NCBI GenBank assembly: GCA_963575745.1
Contig: CAUYUJ010000120.1
Coordinates: forward strand, 1-64,000
Direction: 5' to 3'
Origin: Prorocentrum cordatum
Lineage: Eukaryota
DNA length: 64,000 bases
In this document: one piece after another, positions 62,901 through 64,000 of the stretch
Position numbering within the stretch: position 1 is the stretch's first letter
Layout of the letters: every line of letters starts with the position of its first letter
Translations under genes and position numbers: made by a program
Notes under the pieces: model-generated
What the model was told of the DNA's origin: nothing
The model's database searches: none
The model's input: only the letters and a program-made list of their open reading frames with translations

Positions 62901-64000
62901 GCTTCTGTCGCAGAGTCTCCTGGCAAGCCGTGAGCTCAGCAGGTCTATCTGGCGGTAGTCCCCGTCCCGCGGTGGCAGTCGTGAATCGGATTTCCTCCTG
63001 CTCTGTGCAAGCCCGAATAGTAGTCGACACAAGGTCCCCAGGAGAACAAGTAGTGTTGGCATCTCCTAAGACCCGATCGATTTCCTTTCGTGCCATGTTG
63101 AGGTCTCCCCAATTCACAGTCTTATAACCCACCAGACTCTTTTCACGAGCTGCCGTCGGGATGCTACGTTTGACCAGCTCATCGCCTGGATCACTAAAAG
63201 TCCCCTGAAGCAGGCCGTGGTCACTAAGACGACTACGATTTGTCTTTCCCCCATTATACATAATCGTTCCAACCGTCAACTTATCAATCACCCACGTCCT
63301 GGGAACAGAAATGTAGTCAAGAACCTTCTTACACGTCCCCCACCGAGATGTTTCGTAACTCTCCCATGTATGTAGTCGTCGTGGCAAGAAAAAATTGGCA
63401 GCCTTCATCCCCAGGCGCCCTAAAAAGCAAAGAACACGCTCGCGAAGTTGCTGTCGTACATCCCTCCTCTCCCGTTGTGCACCTCCCTCCTCGCAGGTCC
63501 TCCTCTCCTCCTTGGTAGCGCATCCCACCGCCTCATAGACTGTCCCAGTGCGTGAGCACTGCAGCTGGGTGGATGGAGGCAGCTCGACGTTGGCATCGAG
63601 CAGCACAGATACCGTCGCCCCTTTCCAGCGGCTGCGCAGAGTGAAAATGACTGACTCGAGTGTGTCCAAAACCCCACACTGCACATCTACAGCGTTCTCG
63701 ACGCCGGGGTCGGGAAGATACGCAGAGGCAACAATCACAGGAGCACTCCCACTACCGCAGACCACCACGCAGAACCGTTCGTACTGACACAGTGATTCAC
63801 GCACACATGTACTCCACTCTTTGTTACATAGTAACCCACACTTACCGTCACAACTCACGCGATATGATAGACCACGCCGTCTGATATATGCATCGAATTT
63901 GCCTCCGAAAAGATTCTGGCATTCCTGAACACCCCAGATGCTATCTCGCATATAGAGAGGCTCCTCAGGATCTCATTCCCCTTGAAATTAGCCGACCCCG
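59902..64000 (-). mobile_element. APE-type LINE running off the window; 3' end inside an element hairpin
   Basis: Minus-strand 3' junction ..ACCGCAAAG|AACCTGCTTGACGGTTTACCGCGGGCTCCCAGT. Confidence 0.9.
60089..63951 (-). CDS. LINE ORF2 (~1290 aa): APE endonuclease, RT, permuted RNase H; single frameshift near 61915
   Basis: APE: GVQEC, SAYLPD, LDAN, LDYI, SDH. RT: ATGPD, YGFQEGR, ADIKQAFD, CIRTGGPEGP, WADN. RNase H: GDS, HTYREWNMRAD, FDCG, AEISA. Confidence 0.92.

Overview
Repeat-saturated eukaryotic DNA with no recognisable host gene, RNA gene or CRISPR array. Putative GC-AG and GA-AG introns and the retroelement types suggest a dinoflagellate-like protist (inference). About two thirds of the window is a nested pile of non-coding elements. 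Each has a 5' terminal inverted repeat, a 3' subterminal copy of it, a GC-rich 3' hairpin and a terminal GT. They insert into one another, mostly after GT, without a true TSD, and the long versions carry 178-bp tandem arrays, so they resemble non-autonomous Helitron2/Helentron (rolling-circle) elements. Embedded in the pile are three highly divergent APE-type LINEs (41729-44145, 50038-55213, 59902->64000) plus two fragments. All three have their 3' junction at the same position in the loop of that 3' hairpin. They share a WADN RT motif and a C-terminal RNase H whose motifs appear circularly permuted. There is also a split-direct-repeat DIRS-order (PAT/Ngaro-like) retroelement (32334-37721) with no visible recombinase, whose gag and pol frames are restored by removing five putative non-canonical introns. 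All coordinates were read by eye and no database searches were run.
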